NCBI GenBank assembly: GCA_963922965.1 | Contig: CAWUKA010000002.1 | Span: 1 to 54,925 of the forward strand | Length of the DNA stretch: 54,925 nt | Source: an uncultured Gammaproteobacteria bacterium | Lineage (GTDB): Bacteria > Pseudomonadota > Gammaproteobacteria > CAWUKA01 | Reading direction: 5' to 3' | Part shown: piece after piece, positions 18,375 to 27,688 of the stretch | Numbering within the stretch: the stretch's first letter is position 1 | Layout: each line of letters starts with the position of its first letter | Notes under the pieces: generated by a model | Told to the model about the DNA's origin: nothing | Seen by the model: the letters and a program-made list of their open reading frames with translations, nothing else | Database searches by the model: none | Program-made: the position numbers and the translations under genes

Positions 18375-20050
18375 TTAGGCTCGAACAGTTCTTGCCATAT
18401 TGCCACCACAGCCTGACGATAATCAATAAATTGTTGCTGCGCAATCAATGCTGTTTTATTCTGCAAGGCTAATTGATGCAGGCAAGCACGATATACTAAA
18501 TAAGCATCACTGAGCAGCTGAAGATATTGGTGCGACAAGCACTTATCAGCACCGATTTGCTGTAATATTATCAGTATAGCGTAGCCAGTGCGGATGATGT
18601 TTAGCCAAGCGTAACACTAGATACTGAACGATAAATTCAATATCAATCAATACATCACGCTCGTTTTTTAAATCAAATCGCTCTGCTACACGCTTTTGGC
18701 TATCACTGCTACGTATCTTTTCTCTAATCTCACATACTTGTTGTTGCAACAATTCGGGGTCATGTGCAATCGTGATGGCACGTGTAGGTACTTGTTGAAA
18801 TAACTGGCTCAATCGAGCGTCACTATTGATTACTCGAGCACGGATAATGGCTTGATACTCCCAAATCCATGCTGAATCAATCTCATAGCCAAGAAAAGCA
18901 TTTATCGACGGTGCTAATAAACCAGAATCACCAGATGGTCTCTAACATCGACTATGTACAAAGGACCTATTGTAGTGTGGGTCATTAAAATCTGAATGAT
19001 AGGTTGAGCAAGCCTAGTGTAAAATACTCTATTTTCAATCAGACCTGGGCCAGCGGTTTTATCCTGCGCCGAAAAGCTACTTTGGATGAAAACCAAATCT
19101 AAATCTGAACCGTAACTAAATTCAATGCCACCTAACTTTCCACAAGCAACAATGATAAAGTTATCAATTTTACCATTGCTACCAGTAGGCGAACCGTGCT
19201 TGCTAACCAGCTGTTGCCAAGCTAACTGTAGGTCTTTGCGGTAAAATTGAGATGGTCGCTAACTTTCATCAATGTAATTTTATCACCAACATCTGCAGCA
19301 GCTACCCGCAAGATCTTGCGATATTTAAACTGGGATAAACAATCAAGCTGCTGATCAAATGAGGAGGTGGCAATACTTTGTATTTCATTAACAAGCGCTG
19401 CGTAAATATCATCACGCTCAAGCGGCGCATACAAAATATCGTCATCATACAATTGACCGGGCAAAATCGGGTAGGCAGCTAGTTGCTCTGCAATCCAACG
19501 ACTTGCGGCACAGAGCCGAACTAAATTCTGTAGTGCTTTTGGTTTTTCCCGCAACAAAACTGAATACGCACTATAAGCAAACAAAGCCTCCATAACGGTA
19601 GTAGCCCGCTGTAAAGTTGTTGCGACGAGAGTAGTGCTCAAGCCAATTTCTGCCAACAACCAAGACATAATCGTTTTGGTGCGCTGTCGTGCTAACCGCT
19701 TACCAACTAAACACTCATTCAGGCGCTAATGACTTCTGCAAGATCAGCTAGCTCATGAATCGTTACTACCAGGCTACTTTGATCAGCGTGTGTACGCCAA
19801 CAAATTCCCAGCAAGTGATAGTGGCGAAAATAGCGTAACTATGCTATCAATTGGTCTTCTGTTGTTACCCCAAATGTAGACCCAAGCGCTCGGCAAAATC
19901 ATTTTGCGCAATAAGCTCGTTGATATCACCACTAGAAAATAATTCGGTTAGCAATACAAGATAGCGAATACAAAGCTCAGCAGCATAATCACTCAAGGCC
20001 CAAACCCGAGCGACGGTCGCTAAAAACAACGCATCATTGAGAGAAGGCAC
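18375..20050 (-). pseudogene. glnE: Decayed glutamine synthetase adenylyltransferase gene (glnE): internal deletion plus at least 3 frameshifts
   Basis: Fragments in three frames are collinear with E. coli GlnE as I recall it. The N-terminal piece is at 19865-20050. Next come LCAASRWIAEQLAAYPIL..KILRVAAADV..MKVSDHL (19222-19668), DLQLAWQQLV..ACGKLGGIEFSYGSDLDLVF (about 19090-19258) and RPSGDSG..WEYQAIIRARV..RFDLK..IDIEFIVQYLVL (18546-18950). The C-terminal tail LLSDAYLVYRACLHQLALQ..stop ends at 18375. Only about 1.7 kb remains of a gene that is normally about 2.8 kb. Confidence 0.85.
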
Positions 20051-20148
20051 ACCTTGTCTAGAGCACGCTACTGAGCAGCGCTGTCAATATTCAATGACTG
20101 ACTCTACCAGTACTTGCGGTATAGACTCTAAGGAAAAAGGATATTGTT

Positions 20149-20604
20149 TTATGATTCCACTTGTTGTACTTGCAGAACCACACCATCAACAGCCACAACT
20201 TTTACTCGAGCACCACCAGCACAATCAATTCCAGTCACACGCCAATAGCTGCCACCTATCTCAACTCGGCCTTGTCCACCAATAATTGGTTCTTGCAAAA
20301 TACATTCGCGACCAATCAATTGCTCTGCTCGCCGATTTAATTGTGGCTTATCACTCGTAATAACATCAGCACGCAACAAGCGCCACCAAGTCACTGTATT
20401 AACAATCGCAACAATAGCAAACAGTAGCAATTGCGTTGACCAAGCTAAAGCTGGCACCAGCCAGGTGATAATGCCGATAATCCCAGCAGCCAAACCAATC
20501 CACAATAAGACACCAATCGCTAAGCTCACCTCAGTCACTAATAGCAACAATGCCAAGGCAAACCAGTGCCAAAAGCCAAGCTCAGCTAACAATTGAGCCA
20601 TCAA
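20149..20604 (-). CDS. NfeD-family membrane protein
   Basis: The 151-aa ORF has three N-terminal TM segments and a C-terminal OB-fold-like soluble domain (GRVEIGGSYWRV). It lies immediately downstream of an SPFH gene, which is the classical pair. Confidence 0.85.
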   Translation of the reverse strand: MMAQLLAELGFWHWFALALLLLVTEVSLAIGVLLWIGLAAGIIGIITWLVPALAWSTQLLLFAIVAIVNTVTWWRLLRADVITSDKPQLNRRAEQLIGRECILQEPIIGGQGRVEIGGSYWRVTGIDCAGGARVKVVAVDGVVLQVQQVES

Positions 20605-20605
20605 T

Positions 20606-21523
20606 TTATCCTTTAGTTTGTTTGTTTAATGCCTCTTTAGCAAGCTCAGCAATACCAGCAACCGAGCCGATCACACTACTTGCTTCAAGTGGCATCAAGA
20701 CTAATTTATTATTGCTCGCAACCCCGATTTCTTTCAGTGCATCCACGTATTTTTGTGCAACAAAGTAATTTATCGCTTGCACATTCCCCTTCGCAATCGC
20801 ATCAGAGACCACTTGCGTTGCTTTTGCTTCTGCTTCAGCAAGTCGCTCACGCGCCTCTGCCTCTCGATAACGTGCTTCTTTGTTTGCTTCAGCTTCTAAA
20901 ATGACAGCTTGCTTTTCACCTTCAGCTTGTAAAATTGCTGACTGGCGTCGGCCTTCAGCTTCTAAGACAGCAGCGCGCTTATCACGCTCAGCTTTCATCT
21001 GCCGCGCCATCGAATCAACTAAATCTTTCGGTGGCGAAATTTCTTTAATTTCAATCCGAGTGACCTTCACCCCCCATGGCTGAGTCGCTTCATCAACTAC
21101 ACTGAGTAAGCGAGTGTTGATTTCATCGCGCTGTGACAGCATGCCGTCAAGATCGAGCGCACCGAGCACAGTCCGAATATTGGTCATCGTCAAATTACGA
21201 ATGGCGTGCTCTAAATTCCGCACTTCGTAAGCTGCTCGCGGTGCATCAATCACTTGAAAAAACACCACAGCATCAACAGTCACCATCGCATTATCACGAC
21301 TGATGATCTCTTGTGGTGGAATATTTAATACCGTCTCCATCATGCTCAGTCGCGCACCAATTTGATCGATAAAGGGAATAATGATCGACAAACCTGGTCT
21401 TAATGTATGGGTGTAACGACCCAAGCGCTCGACTGTCCACTCATGTGCCTGTGGCACAACTTTAACCCCCATCACAACCACCAACACGCCCAGAACGACG
21501 ATCAAACCAATAACCAACTCCAT
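20606..21523 (-). CDS. SPFH/band 7 (stomatin-like) protein
   Basis: The 305-aa ORF has an N-terminal TM, an SPFH core (..TVDAVVFFQVIDAPRAAYEV..) and an A/E/R-rich coiled-coil tail. Confidence 0.9.
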   Translation of the reverse strand: MELVIGLIVVLGVLVVVMGVKVVPQAHEWTVERLGRYTHTLRPGLSIIIPFIDQIGARLSMMETVLNIPPQEIISRDNAMVTVDAVVFFQVIDAPRAAYEVRNLEHAIRNLTMTNIRTVLGALDLDGMLSQRDEINTRLLSVVDEATQPWGVKVTRIEIKEISPPKDLVDSMARQMKAERDKRAAVLEAEGRRQSAILQAEGEKQAVILEAEANKEARYREAEARERLAEAEAKATQVVSDAIAKGNVQAINYFVAQKYVDALKEIGVASNNKLVLMPLEASSVIGSVAGIAELAKEALNKQTKG

Positions 21524-21670
21524 AACTTTCTCCTTATATTTATTTCAATGCTAGTGCTAAGGTTAGCTGAATTGACTAGCGAGATCATCTGTTGCTGCCG
21601 ACACCACGTTGACTCTCGTTAGACATCAGGCACAATAGACTATAAATTTGTACCATCAGCAGGAGTCGCT

Positions 21671-23062
21671 ATGAGCAATTATCGCACAGAAACCGATAGC
21701 ATGGGACCGATCGAAGTCCCTGCTAGGCAGTACTGGGGGGCGCAAACGCAACGTTCACTGCACAACTTTGCCATCGGCACTGATCTGATGCCAACCGAAA
21801 TCATTCGTGCTTTTGCACTCTTAAAAAAAGCAGCCGCACTAACCAACCAATCGCTTGGCAAGCTTCCGGCAGACAAAGCTAAGCTGATCAGCCAAGCTGC
21901 CGACGCGATTTTAAATAGCGAGCTGGATGCTGAATTCCCACTCAAAGTCTGGCAAACAGGTAGCGGAACTCAATCGAACATGAATGTGAATGAAGTCATT
22001 GCCAATAAAGCGATTGAAATTGCTGGCGGTGAGCGCGGTAGTAAAGATCCAATTCACCCTAATGACCATGTTAACATGTCACAATCATCGAACGACACTT
22101 TTCCAACCGCCATGCACATCGCTGCCATCACCGTACTGCAAGAAAAGCTGTTACCAATGGTCAAACAATTGCGCCATACCCTAGCGGACAAACAAGCTGA
22201 GTTTGGCGATATTATCAAAATTGGCCGCACCCATTTACAAGATGCAGTACCACTTAGCCTAGGCCAAGAGTTTTCTGGCTATGTGGCACAACTTGATTTT
22301 GCGTTACAGCAGATCGAACACTCACAAACCGGTTTATACGAATTAGCATTAGGTGGCACTGCTGTTGGTACTGGTATTAACTCACACCCGGAGTTCGCTG
22401 TTACCGTTGCGACAAAAATAGCTGAGCTATCAAAACAACCGTTTGTCAGCGCAGATAATAAATTTGCCGCACTTGCAGCGCATGATGCAATTGTCGCAGC
22501 CAGTGGTAGTTTAAAAACCTTAGCCTGTGCGCTAATGAAAATCGCTAATGACATTCGCTGGATGGGGTCAGGCCCACGTTGTGGGTTGGGCGAATTAGAA
22601 TTACCAGAAAACGAACCCGGTTCATCGATCATGCCAGGCAAAGTCAATCCAACCCAATGTGAAGCAATGACCATGGTCTGCGCACAAGTACTTGGTAATG
22701 ACGCAGCGATCGGTTTTGCCGGTAGCCAAGGTAACTTCGAGCTCAATGTGTTCAAACCAATGTTAGCTTATAACTTTTTACACTCTGCCAACATTCTGGC
22801 TGATGCCTGCCAGATGTTTAACCTACACTGCGCTGAAGGTTTGCGCGCGAAGCATGATAAAATCAATTACTTCTTACATCACTCGCTGATGCTCGTCACC
22901 GCACTCGCACCACACATCGGCTACGACAATGCTGCCAAAATTGCTCACGATGCCTTGCATCAAAATACCAGCTTGCGTGAAGCAGCGATTGCTTCTGGCC
23001 TACTCACCGATGCTGAATTCGATCAGTGGGTCCAACCTGAGACCATGATCAATGCAAAATAA
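21671..23062 (+). CDS. fumC: Class II fumarate hydratase
   Basis: The 463-aa ORF carries the [16 protein letters not shown] signature and is collinear with FumC along its full length. Confidence 0.97.
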   Translation: MSNYRTETDSMGPIEVPARQYWGAQTQRSLHNFAIGTDLMPTEIIRAFALLKKAAALTNQSLGKLPADKAKLISQAADAILNSELDAEFPLKVWQTGSGTQSNMNVNEVIANKAIEIAGGERGSKDPIHPNDHVNMSQSSNDTFPTAMHIAAITVLQEKLLPMVKQLRHTLADKQAEFGDIIKIGRTHLQDAVPLSLGQEFSGYVAQLDFALQQIEHSQTGLYELALGGTAVGTGINSHPEFAVTVATKIAELSKQPFVSADNKFAALAAHDAIVAASGSLKTLACALMKIANDIRWMGSGPRCGLGELELPENEPGSSIMPGKVNPTQCEAMTMVCAQVLGNDAAIGFAGSQGNFELNVFKPMLAYNFLHSANILADACQMFNLHCAEGLRAKHDKINYFLHHSLMLVTALAPHIGYDNAAKIAHDALHQNTSLREAAIASGLLTDAEFDQWVQPETMINAK

Positions 23063-23101
23063 ACCTGAAATCTCTACAGCGAGTTAATCACGCGGGGGCT
23101 A

Positions 23102-24340
23102 CTAGTACAAAAAACCAAATAACCAGAGTGGCGTCTTTCGACCTGCGCTTCTTTCGATATCATCAACTGCCAAAAAACCAAATTTCTCTTCAACTAGCTG
23201 AGAAAAATCCTTATTTTTTCCATCGACCTCAAAAACATACTGGTCGTCTATAGTAAAGTCAGCTTTTTTGCTGACGCAATAGTATAATCTTTCATAAGCA
23301 TTGCTGCGAAAAAATTTTCTCGCAGCCCACCCTTGTTAGGTGTCCTTGATTTCAGTGACAGTGCATAATATAAACTAGGGTTATTCAAATAAACTTTTTC
23401 TTGCACCTCAAGTAGACTAAATTTAGTCGTTGATTTCCCGATATATAAAATAAGCCCAGCTTTTTCTAACAAATCAAAATACTTTTTTACAGTTCCTATA
23501 TCATTAATACCAACTGCAGATTTAATTTTCTTCCAATTTGGGATAAATGGCACACAACTAGCGATAAACACCATCAGCTGCTTGATCTTTCTGATACTTT
23601 TACCGCTCAGCTCTTGGTGAATAGCAATCAAATCGCTCTCTAAAGTAATATGTAGATTTTGCTCTCGGGTAAGATAATATTGCTGTAGATTCATTTCCTT
23701 TGCATAAGGATAATAGCCATTCTTCAGATATTGATGAAAAGTCGGTAAAATTTTTAATTTTTCTTTTTTTAACAGCGCAATGATCTCTGCAGTAAAGATA
23801 TTATGCTTTTTAATGATATCTAGCAAATCAAAACACGGTAGGGTTTCAATTGCATTGATGCAACTGTAAATACTCTCGAAAAGATAGACCATCCAAAGTA
23901 AAAATTAGCGCTCTTCTGCCTAAATCATGTGAACCACGATGTATTTCTAATGCAGAGCTACCTGATGCCAGCAACCGTAATTCATCAAATGTGTCATAAA
24001 TACTTTTCAACTCCATTGACTAATTTGAATACTGATGAATCTCATCAATCGCAAGATAGTTCCTGCCAAACTGTACAAACTGCTCAGCGATTTCGTACAA
24101 GGAACAGTCGGCCGCCAAAAAATGGCCGGCCGGTAAATATAGAATTTTTTGACTTAGCCAATCGCCTGCTACATGCGCTAACAAGGTTTGAATCAAGGTT
24201 GTTGTTTTACCAACACCACGTGGGCCAATAATAACATTCATTCGATGAGTCAGATCAGCATGTTGCATAAAGTAACGCTGAAACGTTTGGTTTTTTGTAT
24301 CCAGGAAATGCTGGCTTAGCGTAACTAAGTCATTGAACAT
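23102..24340 (-). pseudogene. Inactivated AAA ATPase gene of the DUF4143/COG1373 type
   Basis: The N-terminus has a Walker A motif (GPRGVGKTT) and a Walker B motif (LAIDEIHQY). An in-frame TAG at 24020-24022 sits where homologues have W (NW). There is a frameshift near 23855-23863 (..LSFREYLQLH then INAIETLP..). A second frameshift lies in the T6/A6 run at 23264-23269; restoring one base gives ..KKADFTIDDQYVFEVDGKNK..PLWLFGFLY-stop, the typical family C-terminus. Confidence 0.85.
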
Positions 24341-24387
24341 ATTGATATCTCTAAGTTGGTTATTTAGTAGCTTGGATTACAGACCTT

Positions 24388-24409
24388 ATCATGGAATGCA
24401 TTCCATGAT
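24388..24409. repeat. Perfect 22-bp palindrome ATCATGGAATGCATTCCATGAT followed by T6
   Basis: Read directly from the sequence. It lies 48 bp upstream of the ATPase pseudogene start. On the minus strand it is abutted by a perfect TTGACA hexamer (complement of 24414-24419). Confidence 0.9.
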
Positions 24410-24453
24410 TTTTTGTCAACTTCCAATGTATACTGATGAATTAACGAGTTAAG

Positions 24454-24633
24454 TCATTGATTGGCTTGATCAAATGATATTGATACCCACTGCAAGCGAC
24501 GCAATCGCGCGACAGCCAAGTCACTAAATCGCCACAAGCTAATCATCGTTGATGCATGCGGCAGCTTAGCAGTAACGCCGACATCTGCAACAGCAAGATA
24601 AAAGTTTAGGTCGGTCAGGCTCGGCCACATCAT
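24454..24633 (-). pseudogene. Possible remnant of a LysR-type regulator N-terminus (59-codon ORF, below the track cutoff)
   Basis: My translation is MMWPSLTDLNFYLAVADVGVTAKLPHAS.., which loosely resembles the LysR HTH start (L.DL..F.AVAE.GSFT.AA..LH.SQ). Similarity is lost after about 30 residues. This is very tentative. Confidence 0.2.
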
Positions 24634-24695
24634 GCGCTGACACGATACAGCCTATGAGTTGCCATGCCAGGAGTGAGCCGCGAACAATAGTAATT

Positions 24696-25733
24696 TTAAC
24701 TATTGAGTGTGACAGCTGACAACTCAGCGGAGACTGCAGTCAACAACTCACGCTTCTCTCGCGCTGGTAAAAACCCACTCTTAAAACCATTGAGTATAAT
24801 TTTTTTGATATCATCTATGCCCCAATGGTAAGTCGTTGCAGCAAGATAATATTCATCACTTAGAGTAACACCAGAGACTAAGGTGTTGTCCGTATTCAGT
24901 GTCACCCGCAAACCAAGCTCATGGTAGAATTTTGCTGGGTGCAATTCAAACGACTCAGCGGCTTTAGTTTGAATATTAGACGTCAAACAGACCTCAAGTG
25001 GAATCCGATGATCGTTAACGTAGTGCATCAGATCAGCATCTTCATGCAACCGCGTGCCATGACCAAGACGATGTGCACCACAGTAATGCAACGCTTGAGC
25101 AATGCTTTTTGATCCATATGCTTCACCAGCATGAATAGTAATATTAATATTATTATTGAGAATACGATAAAACGCTTGCAAGTGTTTTTTCGCCGGATAG
25201 TCAAGCTCAGCGCCAGCCAAGTCAAAACCGACCACGCCTTTATTTTTAAAGGCAATAGTTAAGTCAGCTAATTCTTCCGTAGATGCAGGCTGCATATGAC
25301 GTAAGCCACAAATAATAACAGCGGCTTTAATAGAATATTGTTTTTCTGCTCGCTGTAAACCTCGCAACACTGCCTCAACAATATCAACTAACTGCAATCC
25401 ATTAGCCTGATGTAAAATTGGTGCGAAGCGTATTTCAAGATAGCGGATGTTATCGCGGGCTGCGTCTTCAGCGACTTCAAATGCGACTCGTTCAATGGCT
25501 TTTTGATGCTGCATCACCATTAAAGTCACATCAAAAGCACGTAAGTAAGTAGCCAAACTATCACAATCGAGATCCATTGTGACGATCTCAGTTAATGCCG
25601 CCTTATCGTGCGTCGGCAAACTGATATCATATTCTTCAGCTAACTCAAAAATGGTATCAACGCGTAGGGAACCATCGAGGTGACAATGTAGCTCAGCTTT
25701 CGGTAATTGCTGTATAAGCGATTTCGTAATCAT
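24696..25733 (-). CDS. add: Adenosine deaminase
   Basis: The 345-aa ORF has the metal-binding start LPKAELHCHLDGSLR, the HAGE motif (IHAGEAYG) and the SLNTDD-equivalent LNTDN. Its ATG is 2 nt after the icmS stop. Confidence 0.93.
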   Translation of the reverse strand: MITKSLIQQLPKAELHCHLDGSLRVDTIFELAEEYDISLPTHDKAALTEIVTMDLDCDSLATYLRAFDVTLMVMQHQKAIERVAFEVAEDAARDNIRYLEIRFAPILHQANGLQLVDIVEAVLRGLQRAEKQYSIKAAVIICGLRHMQPASTEELADLTIAFKNKGVVGFDLAGAELDYPAKKHLQAFYRILNNNINITIHAGEAYGSKSIAQALHYCGAHRLGHGTRLHEDADLMHYVNDHRIPLEVCLTSNIQTKAAESFELHPAKFYHELGLRVTLNTDNTLVSGVTLSDEYYLAATTYHWGIDDIKKIILNGFKSGFLPAREKRELLTAVSAELSAVTLNS

Positions 25734-25735
25734 GA

Positions 25736-26074
25736 TTAATCGTACATCAACTCATCCAATGGGGTTGTTGTGCGTGAGGGTGCAGAATAAATCAATTCGC
25801 ACAACACATCGGTAATGCATAAGCACCGCAATGAGTCAGGTGTTATATCATCAAAACCTACTTTTACACCGAGCATGGTACCCTCTGCTTCTTCGAAATT
25901 TAAACCAATCCCATAACCCAAACACAATGATGCTAACTGGTCCGCACGACGGGCAATTGCAGGTAACAAGCCGGTTTCACTAAAGACTTCTTCATAAGTA
26001 ATGACCCGATCATTCAATGTGAAGTTAGCATTCAGTGCCTGTGCGATCTTAATGATCTTTTTATTCATATCCAT
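25736..26074 (-). CDS. icmS: Dot/Icm adaptor/chaperone IcmS
   Basis: The 112-aa ORF contains YEEVFSETGLLPAIARRADQLASLCLGYG..VKVGFDDITPDSLRCLCITDV..PLDELMYD, which is very close to L. pneumophila IcmS as I recall it, including the C-terminal PLDELMYD. Confidence 0.9.
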   Translation of the reverse strand: MDMNKKIIKIAQALNANFTLNDRVITYEEVFSETGLLPAIARRADQLASLCLGYGIGLNFEEAEGTMLGVKVGFDDITPDSLRCLCITDVLCELIYSAPSRTTTPLDELMYD

Positions 26075-26077
26075 GCG

Positions 26078-26341
26078 TTATTTCCACCATGGTGCAGACA
26101 TTTTACGCGGCCCACCCAGCCATGAAATTAAAGCACGCTTAAAGACTGGCACCGTGAAACCATAGCGCTCAAGTGCAGCAAAAATGGTAATACAAAAAGC
26201 TGCTAAACAAAACGTCCATAACCGCCAGTGTAATATAAACAGCAGCAAGGGAAATGCAGCACGTGAATCAACCATAAAAAAGCGTGCGGTACGAGCAGAG
26301 TCACGCCAATGAGCATCGGGTGGAACTAGTTTTGACATCAT
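26078..26341 (-). CDS. icmT: Dot/Icm inner-membrane protein IcmT
   Basis: The 87-aa ORF contains HWRDSARTARFFMVDSRAAFPLLLFILH..WTF..ALERYGFTVPVF..GPRKMSAPWW, which matches the IcmT pattern. GAGGAG lies upstream of the start. It ends 3 nt before icmS. Confidence 0.9.
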   Translation of the reverse strand: MMSKLVPPDAHWRDSARTARFFMVDSRAAFPLLLFILHWRLWTFCLAAFCITIFAALERYGFTVPVFKRALISWLGGPRKMSAPWWK

Positions 26342-26701
26342 GTCTCCTCAGTGAAGTTGGCTCTATTTGCTTTAAGCTTAGTAATGGCAATATTATCGAC
26401 AGCGTTTAGCAAATATCTAATATAAATGAGTATAACAGCGCTTGCTCAAATTATTAAAGAACCGGCATAAATGGTTAATTAAAAAACTATTTTATACTAG
26501 TAAGCTTGACCCAACACCACGCCAAAGGCGGATCTTTACCAACAACCAGCAAAGTTTTCGATAAATTCTATCACGGCCGGTAGTTATCTCAGCATCAAAC
26601 AAAGTGATTTCAATGGATCTTGTTGCATTTGGACCAAACCATGATCGTGATAACACGACAGCATAGTTGGTAGCAGAGAACTTATTCCAATATTATTTAA
26701 T

Positions 26702-27685
26702 TCACAGTATATCTTTTAGATATCTGATAATACGTGACTCTAACCAATAATCTAGTTTTAAAAAATTACTCGCTCGAATAAAACCAACATGACCACCATA
26801 CTGACTCAACTCTATTGTCACACTATCTGACAAGTCCTCTATCGCTGGAACAATATCAGGCGTAATCAGTGGATCATCGATGGCGTGGATAATTAAAGTT
26901 GGGTTAGCAATCTGCTTTAGGTAAGGATAACAACTTGCTTTGCTATAATAATCTTCAGCATCTTGAAATCCATGCAATCGAGCTGTAATTAAGTTATCAA
27001 AATCTCGAAACGTATTAATATTGTAAAAAGCTTGTTTTGACAAACCAACCATTTGTTGCAGTACAACTCCATCAAATGAGCGACGCAAATAATACATAAA
27101 CATACGTTGATAGAGCCAAGCGCTCGCTTGAATGGTATCGGCAACTCGACTCAAACGAAATGGTACTGAAACAGCAACTGCCGCAAATAAATCAGCAACT
27201 CTGCCTTGCTCACCCAGCCACTTCAACATCACGTTTGCACCAAGTGAATAACCGACAACCGCAATTGGTGTCGCTGGATAGCGTTCAGTTAACTGCTGGT
27301 AAAGATAATTTAAATCAGCGGTATAACCAGCATGACAGCCGGGTGAAAGCTGATCAGAGGCATGGCTACAACTGCGATAGTGCACCAAAACACCACGCCA
27401 ACCTAATGCTTGTAGCTTGCGAAACATACCTTTGACATATTGGGAATCAGCCGATCCTTCAAGACCATGCAAGATAATGACGATTGGACCCTTGTCACCC
27501 ACCCAAGTTAAATTGAGCACATCACCGCCCGGCAATGATAACTGCTCGGTGTAACAGCCAGTTGTATCGACCACACGTAACAGTGGCGGCAAAATTGTTT
27601 GCAAATGCGGGTTTTTTAGCCAAGCTGATGTTTCAAAACTACTTTCTATTATGTTACCCATGAGCAAACCAACTGATTTGAACAA
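26702..27685 (-). CDS. Alpha/beta-fold hydrolase, YheT/ABHD1-3-like
   Basis: IVIILHGLEGSADSQY and the nucleophile elbow GYSLGAN are present, with D and H near the C-terminus. The track start is a TTG at 27685; an alternative ATG lies at 27661. Confidence 0.85.
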   Translation of the reverse strand: MFKSVGLLMGNIIESSFETSAWLKNPHLQTILPPLLRVVDTTGCYTEQLSLPGGDVLNLTWVGDKGPIVIILHGLEGSADSQYVKGMFRKLQALGWRGVLVHYRSCSHASDQLSPGCHAGYTADLNYLYQQLTERYPATPIAVVGYSLGANVMLKWLGEQGRVADLFAAVAVSVPFRLSRVADTIQASAWLYQRMFMYYLRRSFDGVVLQQMVGLSKQAFYNINTFRDFDNLITARLHGFQDAEDYYSKASCYPYLKQIANPTLIIHAIDDPLITPDIVPAIEDLSDSVTIELSQYGGHVGFIRASNFLKLDYWLESRIIRYLKDIL

Positions 27686-27688
27686 AAG

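Noticed and set aside
22279-22755. A 158-aa minus-strand ORF.
   Set aside because: It is antisense within fumC, whose identity is unambiguous. It has no start context or motifs.
26450-26485. Two TTAAT-containing words upstream of icmT (TTAATTAA and TTAATAAT on the icmT strand) as a possible PmrA site.
   Set aside because: The two TTAAT cores are about 25 nt apart rather than the 11-nt phasing of the PmrA tandem repeat as I recall it. TTAAT words are common in AT-rich spacers.
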